Positions 13,135-28,315 of a stretch of 64,000 nt of DNA are shown here, in pieces. The notes below the pieces were generated by a model. It did no database searches. It had not been told where the DNA came from and worked only from the letters and a program-made list of their open reading frames with translations. The position numbers and the translations under genes were made by a program. Source of the stretch: Nemertoderma westbladi (Eukaryota > Animalia > Xenacoelomorpha); assembly GCA_032718475.1 (NCBI GenBank), contig JAUCBJ010001179.1:69562-133561 (forward strand). Direction: 5' to 3'. Position 1 is the first letter of the stretch. Each line of letters begins with the position of its first letter.

Positions 13135-16100
13135 CTGGGAATTGTATAATAATAAAATAATATAATAATATACATTGACTTTATCTAGTTCAGTTAGTTA
13201 ATCTCAATCACAAAATAATAATATACACACTCATAATGAATTACCTTTGTAACAATAATTGTCTGTCCCAACTCTTTAATATTATTAAATTGCAAATGGC
13301 CGGCCGGTAATTCTTGTAAGGAATCCTGGAGAATGGACGGCTTCTTTATAATAATGCAGATACTATTCGTGAATAAAAACCAAACTGAACTCTAAGTAAT
13401 AAGTTAAACCAGACCACCGAGTGAATTATTACAACAAAGCGAAAGTGTTAAAAGTTTAAAGAAAGTTTAAAGTGATAGAATTTGTGCAGAGCTATATTAA
13501 TATATTTTCTGTGTCTATAACACAACAAAGGTAACAAGTGTCTGGCCATTGACCTACATTGGAACTCACAAGCAACCAACCCACCCACACAATGAACGAA
13601 GCACAGTACGTTGTATGTCAGCCCGCCAGGCTGGCGCCTCCTACAACACACGCAGCTCAGCAGCCACCTTGTCAATATTGGTTGTAAAATTCTGTTGTAA
13701 ATATTTTCGAAGTCAATAAATAATTACACTTGAAATGCACTGTAGAGGGGTGGGGAGGTGTTAGCGATGTCGCCCGGTGAATCTGAGCGTTTTTGGTGAT
13801 CATTTCCTTAAAACATATTTTTTATGCTCTATCTCGTGGTGTGGGTTAGAACGCGCGAAAGCGAAAATCGATGGTCATTTTTGAAAAAAATCTGAAGTTA
13901 TTTCGGTAAATTGCGGCTAATTAACGGAAGGGCTTTTGTGTTGGCAATCCAATTTAAATGAAAGGTGTTCTTCGGATAATTTGAATTAATAACGAGTGCC
14001 TTACATAACGGCGCAGTGCACTTAATAACGAGCGCACTGCATAACGGCGCAGTGCACTTAATAACGAGTGCCCTACATAACGGCACAATGCAATTAATAA
14101 CGAGTGCCCTACATAACGGCACAGTGCACTTAATAACGAGTGCCCTGCATAACGGCACAGTGCACTTTATAACGGCGCAGTGCACTTCATAAAGGTGTAG
14201 TGCACTTCATAAAGGTGTTAGTAATGCACTTCATAACGATGCAGTGCACTAAATGTTATATGCTTTTCTATATGCTATGATATATGTTATATGTTATGCT
14301 ATAGTACATGCTATGTTATATGCTATTCTATATGCTATGCTATATGTTATATGCTATAAGCTATATGTTATATGTTATGCTATAGTACATGCTATGCTAT
14401 ATGCTTTATGCTATATGCTCTTATGCTATATGCTTTATGCTATATGCTATATGCTATGCTGTATGCTATATGCTATACTATATGCTATGCTATATGCTAT
14501 ATGTTATATGTTATGCTATAGTACATGCTATGCTATATGCTTTATGTTATATGATATATGCTATATGATATATGCTATATGCTATGCTATATGCTATATG
14601 CGATTTGCTATAAGCTATATGTTATATGTTATGCTATAGTACATGCTATGCTATATGCTATATGCTATTCTATATGCTATGCTATATGCTATGCTATATG
14701 CTATGCTACATGCTATATGCGATTTGCTATAAGCTATATGTTATATGTTATGCTATAGTACATGCTATGATATATGCTATGCTATATGCTATGCTATATG
14801 CTATGCTATATGCTATGCTATATGCTATGCTATATGCTATGCTATATGCTATGCTATATGCTATGCTATATGCTATGCTATATGCTATGCTATATGCTAT
14901 GCTATATGATATGCTATATGCTATGCTATATGCTATGCTATATGCTATGCTATATGCTATGCTATATGATATGCTATATGCTATGCTATATGCTATGCTA
15001 TATGCTATGCTATATTTTATATGTTATGCTATAGTACATGCTATGCTATATGCTTTATGTTATATGCTATATGCTATATGCTATATGATATATGCTATAT
15101 GCTATGCTATATGCTATAATCTATTTGCTATAAGCTATATGTTATATGTTATGCTATAGTACATGCTATGATATAGGCTATATGCTATGCTTATGCTATG
15201 CTTATGCTATATGCTATATGCTATGCTATATGCTATGCTATATGCTATGCTATATGCTATATGCGATTTGCTATAAGCTATATGTTATATGTTATGCTAT
15301 AGTACATGCTATGCTATATGCTTTATGCTATATGCTATGTTATATGCTATTCTATATGCTATGCTATATGCTATGCTATATGCTATGCTATATGCTATGC
15401 TATATGCTATGCTATACGCTATGCTATACGCTATGCTATACGCTATGCTATGATATGCTATGCTATGCTATGCTATGCTATGCTATGCTATGCTATGCTA
15501 TGCTATGCTATGCTATGCTATGCTATGCTATGCTATGCTATGCTATGCTATGCTATGCTATGCTATGCTATGCTATGCTATGCTATGCTATGCTATGCTA
15601 TGCTATGCTATGCTATGCTATGCTATGCTATGCTATGTTATGCTATGCTATGCTATGCTATGCTATGCTTTGCTATGCTATGCTATGCTATGCTATGCTA
15701 TGCTATGCTATGATATGCTATGCTATGCTATGCTATGTTTGTCAAAATGTCATTTTGAAATTTTGACATGTCATTTTGCAAAAATGTCATTTTCAAAATG
15801 AAATTATGAAATGTCATTTTGTCAAAATGTCAATGTGTCAATATGTCACTTTCAAATTGACACTTTGACATGTCTTTTTGTCAAAATGTCACTTTCGAAT
15901 TGACATTTTGATGTGTCATTTTGCCAAAAAGTCTCTTTCAAATTGACACTTTGACATGTCTTTTTGTGAAAATGTCACTTTCTAATTGACACTTTGACAT
16001 GTCATTTTGTCAAAATGTCACTTTCAAATTGACACTTCACATGTCTTTTTGTCAAAATGTCACCTTCGAATTGACATTTCGATGTGTCATTTTGTCAAAA

Positions 16101-17837
16101 TGTCACTTTCAAATTGACACTTCACATGTCTTTTTGTCAAAATGTCACCTTCGAATTGACATTTCGATGTGTCATTTTGCCAAAATGTCACTTTCAAATT
16201 GACACTTTGACATGTCATTTTGTCAAAATGTCACTTTCGAATTGACATTATAACATGTATCATTTTGTCAAAATGTCATTGTGTCAAAATGTCACTTGAC
16301 ATGTCATTTTGCCAAAATGTCATTTTTAAATTGACATTTGCCATTTTGACATGTCATTTTGCCAAAATTTCATTTACAAATTGACATTTTGACATGTCAT
16401 TTTGGCAAAATGTCATTTTCAAATTGACATTTTGTCATTTTGTCGAAATGTCATTTTGAAATTGACATTTTGACATGTCATTTTGCCAAAATGTCATTTT
16501 AAATTGACATTTGACATTTTGACATGTCATTTTGCCAAAATGTCATTTTCAAATTGTCATTTTGTCATTTTGTCGAAATGTCATTTTGAAATTGACATTT
16601 TGACGTCATTTTGCCAAAATGTCATTTTTAAATTGACATTTGACATTTTGACATGTCATTTTGCCAAAATTTCATTTACAAATTGACATTTTGACATGTC
16701 ATTTTGCCAAAATGTCATTTTGAAATTGACATTTTGACATGTCATTTTGTCAAAATGTCATTTTCAAATTGACATTTTGGCATGTCATTTTGGCAAAATG
16801 TCATTTTCAAATTGACATTTTGTCATTTTGTCGAAATGTCATTTTGAATTTGACATTTTGACATGTCATTTTGCCAAAATGTCATTTTAAATTGACATTT
16901 GACATTTTGACATGTCATTTTGCCAAATTGTCATTTTCAAATTGACATTTTGACATGTCATTTTGCCAAAATGTCATTTTGAAATTGACATTTTGACATG
17001 TCATTTTGCCAAAATGTCATTTTTAAATTGACATTTGACATTTTGACATGTCATTTTGCCAAAATGTCATTTTCAAATTGACATTTTGACATGTCATTTT
17101 GCCAAAATGTCATTTTCAAATTGACATTTTGACATGTCATTTTGCCAAAATGTCATTTTGAAATTGACATTTTGACATGTCATTTTGCCAAAATGTCATT
17201 TTTAAATTGACATTTGACATTTTGACTTTTGTCAAAATGTCAAATGTCAATTTAAAAATCATTTTGCCAAAATGTCATTTTCAAATTGACATTTTGACAT
17301 GTCATTTTGCCAAAATGTCATTTTGAAATTGACATTTTGACATGTCATTTTGCCAAAATGTCATTTTTAAATTGACATTTGACATTTTGACATGTCATTT
17401 TGCCAAAATGTCATTTTCAAATTGACATTTTGACATGTCATTTTGCCAAAATGTCATTTTGAAATTGACATTTTGACATGTCATTTTGCCAAAATGTCAT
17501 TTTTTTATTGACATTTGACATTTTGACATGTCATTTTGCCAAAATGTCATTTTCAAATTAACATTTTGACATGTCATTTTGGCAAAATGTCATTTTCAAA
17601 TTGACATTTTGTCATTTTGTCGAAATGTCATTTTGAAATTGACATTTTGACATGTCATTTTGCCAAAATGTCATTTTTAAATTGACATTTGACATTTTGA
17701 CATGTCATTTTGCCAAAATGTCATTTTCAAATTGACATTTTGACATGTCATTTTGCCAAAATGTCATTTTGAAATTGACATTTTGACATGTCATTTTGCC
17801 AAAATGTCATTTTTAAATTGAGATTTTGAAATGTCAT

Positions 17838-20175
17838 AGATTTATTGTTCTCACGATATTTGGGTTCAAACACAACGTTTTTTTGATATTTTACGAGATT
17901 TATGGTATTTTTTATTGAAAAAGCAGACATAGCTATTCCCAGCCCGTTTCTGTAACATTTAGAGAAAAGTTAACTTGTGATACTTCTTTTAGTGTTAAAT
18001 TAACAGCAGATTCCAAATTCAGTAACCGTTTTTACATATGATTTGTAGTTCTCGCGATATTTGGGTTCAAACACAACTTTTTTTGATATTTTACGAGATT
18101 TAAAGTATTTTTTATTGAAAAAGCAGACATAACTATTCCCAGTCCGTTTCTGTAACATTTAGAGAAAAGTTAACTTGTGATACTTCTTTTAGTGTTAAAT
18201 TAACAGCAGATTCCAAATTCAGTAACCGTTTTTACATATGATTTGTAGTTCTCGCGATATTTGGATTCAAACACAACGTTTTTTGATATTTTACGAGATT
18301 TAAAGTATTTTTTATTGAAAAAGCAGACATAACTATTCCCAGTCCGTTTCTATAACATTTAGAGAAAAGGTAACTTGTGATACTTCTTTTAGTGTTAAAT
18401 TAACAGCAGATTCCAAATACAGTAACCGTTTTTACATATGATTTGTAGTTCTCGCGATATTTCGGTTCAAACACAACGTTTTTTGATATTTTACGAAATT
18501 TAAGGTATTTTTTATTGAAAAAGCAGACATAACTATTCCAAGTCCGTTTTTGTAACATTTAGAGAAAAGATAACTTGTGATACTTCTTTTAGTGTTAAAT
18601 TAACAGCAGATTCCAAATTCAGTAACCGTTTTTACATATGATTTGTAGTTCTCGCGATATTTGGGTTCAAACACAACTTTTTTTGATATTTTACGAGATT
18701 TAAAGTATTTTTTATTGAAAAAGCAGACATAACTATTCCCAGTCCGTTTCTGTAACATTTAGAGAAAAGTTAACTTGTGATACTTCTTTTAGTGTTAAAT
18801 TAACAGCAGATTCCAAATTCAGTAACCGTTTTTACATATGATTTGTAGTTCTCGCGATATTTGGATTCAAACACAACGTTTTTTGATATTTTACGAGATT
18901 TAAAGTATTTTTTATTGAAAAAGCAGACATAACTATTCCCAGTCCGTTTCTATAACATTTAGAGAAAAGGTAACTTGTGATACTTCTTTTAGTGTTAAAT
19001 TAACAGCAGATTCCAAATACAGTAACCGTTTTTACATATGATTTGTAGTTCTCGCGATATTTCGGTTCAAACACAACGTTTTTTGATATTTTACGAAATT
19101 TAAGGTATTTTTTATTGAAAAAGCAGACATAACTATTCCAAGTCCGTTTTTGTAACATTTAGAGAAAAGATAACTTGTGATACTTCTTTTAGTGTTAAAT
19201 TAACAGCAGATTCCAAATTCAGTAACCGTTTTTACATATGATTTGTAGTTCTCGCGATATTTGGGTTCAAACACAACTTTTTTTGATATTTTACGAGATT
19301 TAAAGTATTTTTTATTGAAAAAGCAGACATAACTATTCCCAGTCCGTTTCTGTAACATTTAGAGAAAAGTTAACTTGTGATACTTCTTTTAGTGTTAAAT
19401 TAACAGCAGATTCCAAATTCAGTAACCGTTTTTACATATGATTTGTAGTTCTCGCGATATTTGGATTCAAACACAACGTTTTTTGATATTTTACGAGATT
19501 TAAAGTATTTTTTATTGAAAAAGCAGACATAACTATTCCCAGTCCGTTTCTATAACATTTAGAGAAAAGGTAACTTGTGATACTTCTTTTAGTGTTAAAT
19601 TAACAGCAGATTCCAAATACAGTAACCGTTTTTACATATGATTTGTAGTTCTCGCGATATTTCGGTTCAAACACAACGTTTTTTGATATTTTACGAAATT
19701 TAAGGTATTTTTTATTGAAAAAGCAGACATAACTATTCCAAGTCCGTTTTTGTAACATTTAGAGAAAAGATAACTTGTGATACTTCTTTTAGTGTTAAAT
19801 TAACAGCAGATTCCAAATTCAGTAACCGTTTTTACATATGATTTGTAGTTCTCGCGATATTTCGGTTCAAACACAACGTTTTTTGATATTTTACGAAATT
19901 TAAGGTATTTTTTATTGAAAAAGCAGACATAACTATTCCAAGTCCGTTTCTGTAACATTTAGAGAAAAGATAACTTGTGATACTTCTTTTAGTGTTAAAT
20001 TAACAGCAGATTCCAAATTCAGTAACCGTTTTTACATATGATTTGTAGTTCTCGCGATATTTCGGTTCAAACACAACGTTTTTTGATATTTTACGAGATT
20101 TAAGGTATTTTTTATTGAAAAAGCAGACATAACTGTTCCGAGTCCGTTTCTGTAACATTTAGAGAAAAGGTAACT
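17838..20175. repeat. 200-bp satellite, about 11.7 monomers, with a 600-bp higher-order repeat
   Basis: Same as the previous array but 1200 bp shorter. Confidence 0.97.
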
Positions 20176-20964
20176 ACTGTTCAATTTATTTTATAACGCT
20201 CTATAATCTTTTATTAAATAATTGAGCAATAAATAAGTACAGTAGTGTTACAAAATAAATTGAACTGTAGTATTTTACTATATTGCTTCCATAGTTACTG
20301 CAATTCAATTTACTGTACTCTTCAACTCCTGATACCGCCTTTCTCAATGTTAAATAAATTAGTGTTATCGAATATTTATTACGTAACTAGAGAGCCTCTT
20401 AACAATATAAACTAATATTGGATATGGAGTTCCGTTATGGAATTCGCCTTGCAGACACTAAATTTGCAATAACTTTTGAGTGTTTAAATGGATTTTGCTC
20501 AAATTACTTGCAAACCTTTTCTACTTCAGTGCCCTTTTAATACTTGCAACAAAATATAACAAATTCCACAAATGATTTTATTTTACATTTTTCGCTGTGA
20601 AAAACTAAAATCAATGCAATGATACTTTTTTTCCCTATAGGAAAAAAGTGCAACTTTTTCTCCCGATATTGGGGTAAATTCAAGTGAAAATGTAACAATT
20701 TAAGAATAAAAACTGTAAGGTTTTCGTATCCACGGAATCGACCTAAATTGAACTAAAATCAGCCAGATGTCCGTCCATTAACTACATATATTTTTTAATA
20801 ATCGGTATGAAATAATTACAAAAGTTAATAAAGCTAACAAAATAATAAATATACAAACTAGATAAATAAATACTGTATCACAACACAATTCCGCCTCTTT
20901 CTTCAAGTCTTGCTGTTTATGGTAACCAGCTGACGGCGGCCAGACAATTCTTAGGTAACCATAA

Positions 20965-22034
20965 TTAGCTCCGGACCAACAACCTAACAGTTCCTCTTAG
21001 TCTCTTCAACAATCGGACCACTTTATCATGGCCCATCCCGTGTAGACTCTTCCCGTTAACCGCGAGTATCTGGTTCCCCCGTCTCAATCTACCGTCGTCC
21101 ACTGCCGCCCCCTTCGCGTAGACTGTCTTTACGTAGATAGGGAGGTTACCATGGGGACTGCCGTAACCGCCCACAATAGAGAATCCCAGACCCTGGGAAC
21201 CCCGCTGGAGAGTTACCGTGGTAACCAAATCACTGAAAATAAAAGTTAGTTAGATTATATTTGATTTTACGAAAACTACCGAACCTAAAAGGTTATTAAG
21301 ACCAAAATGTTGCGATCAGTGACGATCTGATAAAAAAAAGAAATTCAACTGACCCAGAATTTAACTGTTCGTGTTGTTTCTCAATATTGTCCAACTCCAT
21401 CGTATCTTGACTTGACTGACTAACTTCTGTTGTTTTTGAATCTGCGAAATGAAATAGAAACAAATAAAATAGTCATCTAGAAATTCACACAACTTCTTAG
21501 GAAGCCAACCACTTACACGAAATTATAAAGAAAGACAATTAAATGAATACTGGATATAAACAAATAACTATGTTTATGACTTATTGCTGTTTGTATTACG
21601 TGTGTGTGTGTATGCCGAGTGTTTGTGGCTGTGGCATAGCGCGGTCTTCCAGTAAGTAGGCCGAGTTAATATACAATTAATTTACATTTTAGAATGATAA
21701 TCAACTAATAAACAAACAGCTGGGAAGCAGCACTACAAACTCGGATCGATTACTTTTTCCGTGTAATATATTTATAGCTTTATCAAAACCGGCAGTATAG
21801 GCCTACAGTGCCGCGCAATTACTGTGAAATGTTAAACAGTTTAGGATTCATTGAGTCAGCAAACATAAATAAATATTTAACATATAAACCTGAAGGTAGG
21901 CCTGTTGGTGATTCCTCTTTGTAGTATTCCTTGGCGTAATCCTGATACAGTCTCTCAAAGTCTCCCTTGTCTCCCTAGGCCACGGATTCCAGAGGGGAGG
22001 ACCACATTAATTCAGTCATTCTAGAACACCGACC
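20965..22034 (-). pseudogene. Duplicated MPDZ 3' exons, copy 3 (20965-21232, 21354-21441, internally deleted 21890-22034)
   Basis: PDZ exon intact with Q as in the native copy; 169 bp replaced by 6 bp at about 21971. Confidence 0.85.
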
Positions 22035-25000
22035 CTGGGAATTGTATAATAATAAAATAATATAATAATATACATTGACTTTATCTAGTTCAGTTAGTTA
22101 ATCTCAATCACAAAATAATAATATACACACTCATAATGAATTACCTTTGTAACAATAATTGTCTGTCCCAACTCTTTAATATTATTAAATTGCAAATGGC
22201 CGGCCGGTAATTCTTGTAAGGAATCCTGGAGAATGGACGGCTTCTTTATAATAATGCAGATACTGTTCGTGAATAAAAACCAAACTGAACTCTAAGTAAT
22301 AAGTTAAACCAGACCACCGAACGAATTATTACAACAAAGCGAAAGTGTTAAAAGTTTAAAGAAAGTTTAAAGTGATAGAATTTGTGCAGAGCTATATTAA
22401 TATATTTTCGTTGTCTATAGCACAACAAAGGTAACAAGTGTCTGGCCATTGACCTACATTGGAACTCACAACCACCCAACCCACCCACACAATGAACGAA
22501 GCACAGTATTGTATGTCAGCCCGCCAGGCTGGCGCCTCCTACAACTAACATGCACACGGCCACCTTGTGAATATTGGTTGTAAAATTCTCTTGTAATAAT
22601 ATTTCCGAAGTCAATAAATAATTACACTTGAAATGCACTATAGAGGGGTGGGGACGTGTTAGCGATGTCGCCCGGTGAATCTGAGCGTTTTTGGTGATCA
22701 TTTCCTTAAAACATATTTTTTAAGCTCTATCTCGTGGTGTCGGTTAGAACGCGCGAAAGCGAAAATCGATGCTCATTTTTGAAAAAAATCGGAAGTTATT
22801 TGACAAAATTATGGCTAATTAACGGAAGGGCTTTTGTGTTGGCAATTTATTATTTAATACAGTTGAATATTTGGCTGACTTGAAGTTCATTAACCCAGAC
22901 AATTAAATTAAAATGAGAAATTATTTCGGTAAATTGCGGCTAATTTTGGGAAGGGCTTTTGGGTTGGCAATCCAATTTAAATGAAAGGTGTTCTTCGGAT
23001 AATTTGAATTAATAACGAGTGCCTTACATAACGGCGCAGTGCACTTAATAACGAGTGCCCTACATAACGGCACAATGCACTTAATAACGAGTGCCCTACA
23101 TAACGGCACAGTGCACTTAATAACGAGTGCACTGCATAACGGCACAATGCACTTAATAACGAGTGCCCTACATAACGGCGCAGTGCACTTAATAACGAAT
23201 GCCCTACATAACGGCACAGTGCACTTTATAACGACGCAGTGCACTTCATAAAGGTGTAGTGCACTTCATAATGGTGTAGTGCACTTCATAAAGGTGTTAG
23301 TAGTGCACTTCATAACGATGCAGTGCACTTAATGTTATATGCTATAGTATATGCTATGCTATATGCTATATGCTATATATGCAAATGCTATGCTATGCTA
23401 TATGTTATATGTTATATGTTATGCTATAGTACATGCTATGCTATATGATTTATGCTATATGCTATATGCTATGCTGTATGCTATATGCTATACTAAATGC
23501 TCTGCTATATGCTATATGTTATATGTTATGCTATAGTACATGCTATGCTATATGCTTTATGCTATATGCTATATGCTATATGCTATATGCAATCTGCTAT
23601 ATGCTATATGCTATGCTATATGCTATGCTATATGCTATGCTATAAGCTATGCTATATGCTATATGCTATGCTATATGCTATATGCTATGCTATATGCTAT
23701 GCTATATGCTATGCTATATGCTATGCTATATGCTATGCTATATGCTATATGATATGCTATATGCTATATGCTATGTGCTATATACTATATGCTATATACT
23801 ATATGCTATATGCTATGCTATATGTCATATGCTATATGTTATATGTTGTGCTATAGGCCATGTTATGCTATATGCTATATGCTATGCTATATGCTATATG
23901 TCATAAGCTACGCTTTATGCATATCATATGCTATATGCTATATACTATGCTATATGCTTTCATATGTAACTTTCAAATTGACATTTTGACATGTCATTTT
24001 GCCAAAATGACATTTTCAAATTGACATTTTGACATGTCATTTTGCCAAAATGTCACTTTCAAATTGACAGTTTGACATGTCATTTTGCCAAAATGTTAAT
24101 GTGTCAATATGTCACTTTCAAATTGACATTTTGACATGTCATTTTGCCAAAATGTCACTTTCAAATTGACAGTTTGACATGTCATTTTGCCAAAATGTTA
24201 ATGTGTCAATATGTCACTTTCAAATTGACATTTTGACATGCCATTTTGCCAAAATGTTAATGTGTCAATATGTCACTTTCAAATTGACATTTTGACATGC
24301 CATTTTGCCAAAATGTCACTTTCAAATTGACATTTTGACATGTCATTTTGACAAAATGTCAATGTGTCAATATGTCACTTTCAAATTGACAGTTTGACAT
24401 GTCATTTTGTCAAAATGTAACTTTCAAATTGACATTTCGACATGTCATTTTGCCAAAATGTCACTTTCAAATTGACATCTCGACATGTCATTTTGCCAAA
24501 ATGTCACTTTCAAATTGACATTTTGACATGTCATTTTGCCAAAATGTCATTTTCAAGTTGACATTTTGACATTTCATTTTGCCAAAATGTCACTTTCGAA
24601 TTGACATTTTCACATGTCTTTTTGCCAAAATGTCAATGTGTCAATATGTCACCTTCAAATTGACAGTTTGACATGTCATTTTGTTAAAATGTCACCTTCA
24701 AATTGACACTTTGGCATGTCATTTTGCCAAAATGTCACTTTCGAATTGACATTTTGACATGTCATTTTGCCAAAATGTCACTTTCGAATTGACATTTTGA
24801 CATGTCATTTTGCCAAAATGTCATTTTCAAGTTGACATTTTGACATGTCATTTTGCCAAAATGTCACTTTCGAATTGACATTTTGATGTGTCATTTTGCC
24901 AAAATGTCACTTTCAAATTGACACTTTGACATGTCATTTTGCCAAAATGTCACTTTCAAATTGACAGTTTGACTTGTCTTTTTGTGAAAGTGTCACTTTC

Positions 25001-26779
25001 AAATTGACATTTTCACATGTCATTATGTCAAAATGTCACTTTCGAATTGACATTTTAACATGTGTCATTTTGTGAAAATGTCATTGTGTCAAAATGTCAC
25101 TTGACATGTCATTTTGTCAAAATGTCACTTTCAAATTGATACTTTGACATGTCTTTTTGTCGAAATGTCACTTTCGAATTGACATTTTAACATGTGTCAT
25201 TTTGTGAAAATGTCATTGTGTCAAAATGTCACTTGACATGTCATTTTGTCAAAATGTCACTTTCAAATTGACACTTTGACATGTCTTTTTGTCAAAATGT
25301 CACTTTCGAATTGACATTTTGATGTGTCATTTTGCCAAAATGTCACTTTCAAATTGACACTATGACATGTCATTTTGCCAAAATGTCACTTTCAAATTGA
25401 CACTTTGACTTGTCTTTTTGTGAAAGTGTCACTTTCAAATTGACATTTTCACATGTCATTATGTCAAAATGTCACTTTCGAATTGACATTTTAACATGTG
25501 TCATTTTGTCAAAATGTCATTGTGTCAAAATGTCACTTGACATGTCATTTTGTCAAAATGTCACTTTCAAATTGACACTTTGACATGTCTTTTTGGCAAA
25601 ATGTCATTTTCAAGTTGACATTTTGTCATTTTGTCAAAATGTCATTTTGAAATTGACATTTTGACATGTCATTTTGCCAAAATGTCATTTTGAAATGACA
25701 TTTTGACATGTCATTTTGCCAAAATGTCATTTTGAAATTGACATTTTGACATGTCATTTTGCCAAAATGTCATTTTTAAATTGACATTTGACATTTTGAC
25801 ATGTCATTTTGCCAAAATTTCATTCACAAATTGACATTTTGACATGTCATTTTGGCAAAATGTCATTTTCAAATTGTCATTTTGTCATTTTGTCGAAATG
25901 TAATTTTGAAATTGACATTTTGACATGTCATTTTGCCAAAATGTCATTTTAAATTGACATTTGACATTTTGACATGTCATTTTGCCAAAATGTCATTTTC
26001 AAATTGACATTTTGACATGTCATTTTGCCAAAATGTCATTTTGAAATTGACATTTGACATTTTGACATGTCATTTTGCCAAAATTTCATTTACAAATTGA
26101 CATTTTGACATGTCATTTTGGCAAAATGTCATTTTCAAATTGACATTTTGTCATTTCGTCGAAATGTCATTTTGAAATTGACATTTTGACATGTCATTTT
26201 GCCAAAATGTCATTTTAAATTGACATTTGACATTTTGACATGTCATTTTGCCAAAATGTCATTTTCAAATTGACATTTTGACATATCATTTTGCCAAAAT
26301 GTCATTTTGAAACTGACATTTTGACATGTCATTTTGCCAAAATGTCATTTTTAAATTGACATTTGACATTTTGACATGTCATTTTGCCAAAATTTCATTT
26401 ACAAATTGACATTTTGACATGTCATTTTGGCAAAATGTCATTTTCAAATTGTCATTTTGTCATTTTGTCGAAATGTCATTTTGAAATTGACATTTTGACA
26501 TGTCATTTTGCCAAAATGTCATTTTAAATTGACATTTGACATTTTGACATGTCATTTTGCCAAAATGTCATTTTCAAATTGACATTTTGACATGTCATTT
26601 TGAAATTGACATTTTGACATGTCATTTTGCCAAAATGTCATTTTGAAATTGACATTTGACATGTCATTTTGTCAAAATGTCATTTTCAAATTGACATTTT
26701 GGCATGTCATTTTGGCAAAATGGCATTTTCAAATTGACATTTTGTCATTTTTTCAAAATTGAGATTTTGAAATGTCATA

Positions 26780-28315
26780 GATTTATTGTTCTCACGATAT
26801 TTTGGTTCAAACACAAACGTTTTTTGATATTTTACGAGATTTAAAATATTTTTTATTGAAAAAGCAGACATAACTATTCCCAGTCCGTTTCTGTAACATT
26901 TAGAGAAAAGGTAACTTGTGATACTTCTTTTAGTGTTAAATTAACAGCAGATTCCAAATTCAGTAACCGTTTTTACATATGATTTGTAGTTCTCGCGATA
27001 TTTCGGTTCAAACACAACGTTTTTGGTATTTTACGAGATTTAAAGTATTTTTTATTGAAAAAGCAGACATAACTATTCCCAGTCCGTTTCTGTAACATTT
27101 AGAGAAAAGTTAACTTGTGATACTTCTTTTAGTGTTAAATTAACAGCAGATTCCAAATACAGTAACCGTTTTTACATATGATTTGTAGTTCTCGCGATAT
27201 TTGGATTCAAACACAACGTTTTTTGATATTTTATGAGATTTAAAGTATTTTTTATTGAAAAAGCAGACATAACTATTCCCAGTCCGTTTCTGTAACATTT
27301 AGAGAAAAGGTAACTTGTGATACTTCTTTTAGTGTTAAATTAACAGCAGATTCCAAATTCAGTAACCGTTTTTACATATGATTTGTAGTTCTCGCGATAT
27401 TTGGGTTCAAACACAACGTTTTTTGATATTTTACGAGATTTAAAGTATTTTTTATTGAAAAAGCAGACATAACTATTCCCAGTCCGTTTCTGTAACATTT
27501 AGAGAAAAGGTAACTTGTGATACTTCTTTTAGTGTTAAATTAACAGCAGATTCCAAATTCAGTAACCGTATTTACATATGATTTGTAGTTCTCGCGATAT
27601 TTGGGTTCAAACACAACGTTTTTTGATATTTTACGAGATTTAAAGTATTTTTTATTGAAAAAGCAGACATAACTATTCCCAGTCCGTTTCTGTAACATTT
27701 AGAGAAAAGGTAACTTGTGATACTTCTTTTAGTGTTAAATTAACAGCAGATTCCAAATACAGTAACCGTTTTTACATATGATTTGTAGTTCTCGCGATAT
27801 TTGGGTTCAAACACAACGTTTTTTGATATTTTACGAGATTTAAAGTATTTTTTATTGAAAAAGCAGACATAACTATTCCCAGTCCGTTTCTGTAACATTT
27901 AGAGAAAAGGTAACTTGTGATACTTCTTTTAGTGTTAAATTAACAGCAGATTCCAAATTCAGTAACCGTTTTTACATATGATTTGTAGTTCTCGCGATAT
28001 TTGGGTTCAAACACAACGTTTTTTGATATTTTACGAGATTTAAAGTATTTTTTATTGAAAAAACAGACATAACTGTTCCGAGTCCGTTTCTGTAACATTT
28101 AGAGAAAAGGTAACTTGTGATACTTGTTTTAGTGTTAAATTAACAGCAGATTCCAAATTCAGTAACCGTTTTTACATATGATTTGTAGTTCTCGCGATAT
28201 TTCGGTTCAAACACAACGTTTTTTGATATTTTACGAGATTTAAAGTATTTTTTATTGAAAAAACAGACATAACTGTTCCGAGTCCGTTTCTGTAACATTT
28301 AGAGAAAAGGTAACT
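26780..28315. repeat. 200-bp satellite, about 7.7 monomers
   Basis: 200-bp period without the three-monomer cycle. Confidence 0.96.

Noticed and set aside
22516-22701. 61-aa ORF MITKNAQIHR... as the first exon of the second gene
   Set aside because: Not intact in the other units, and no clear donor linking it to the 147-nt exon.
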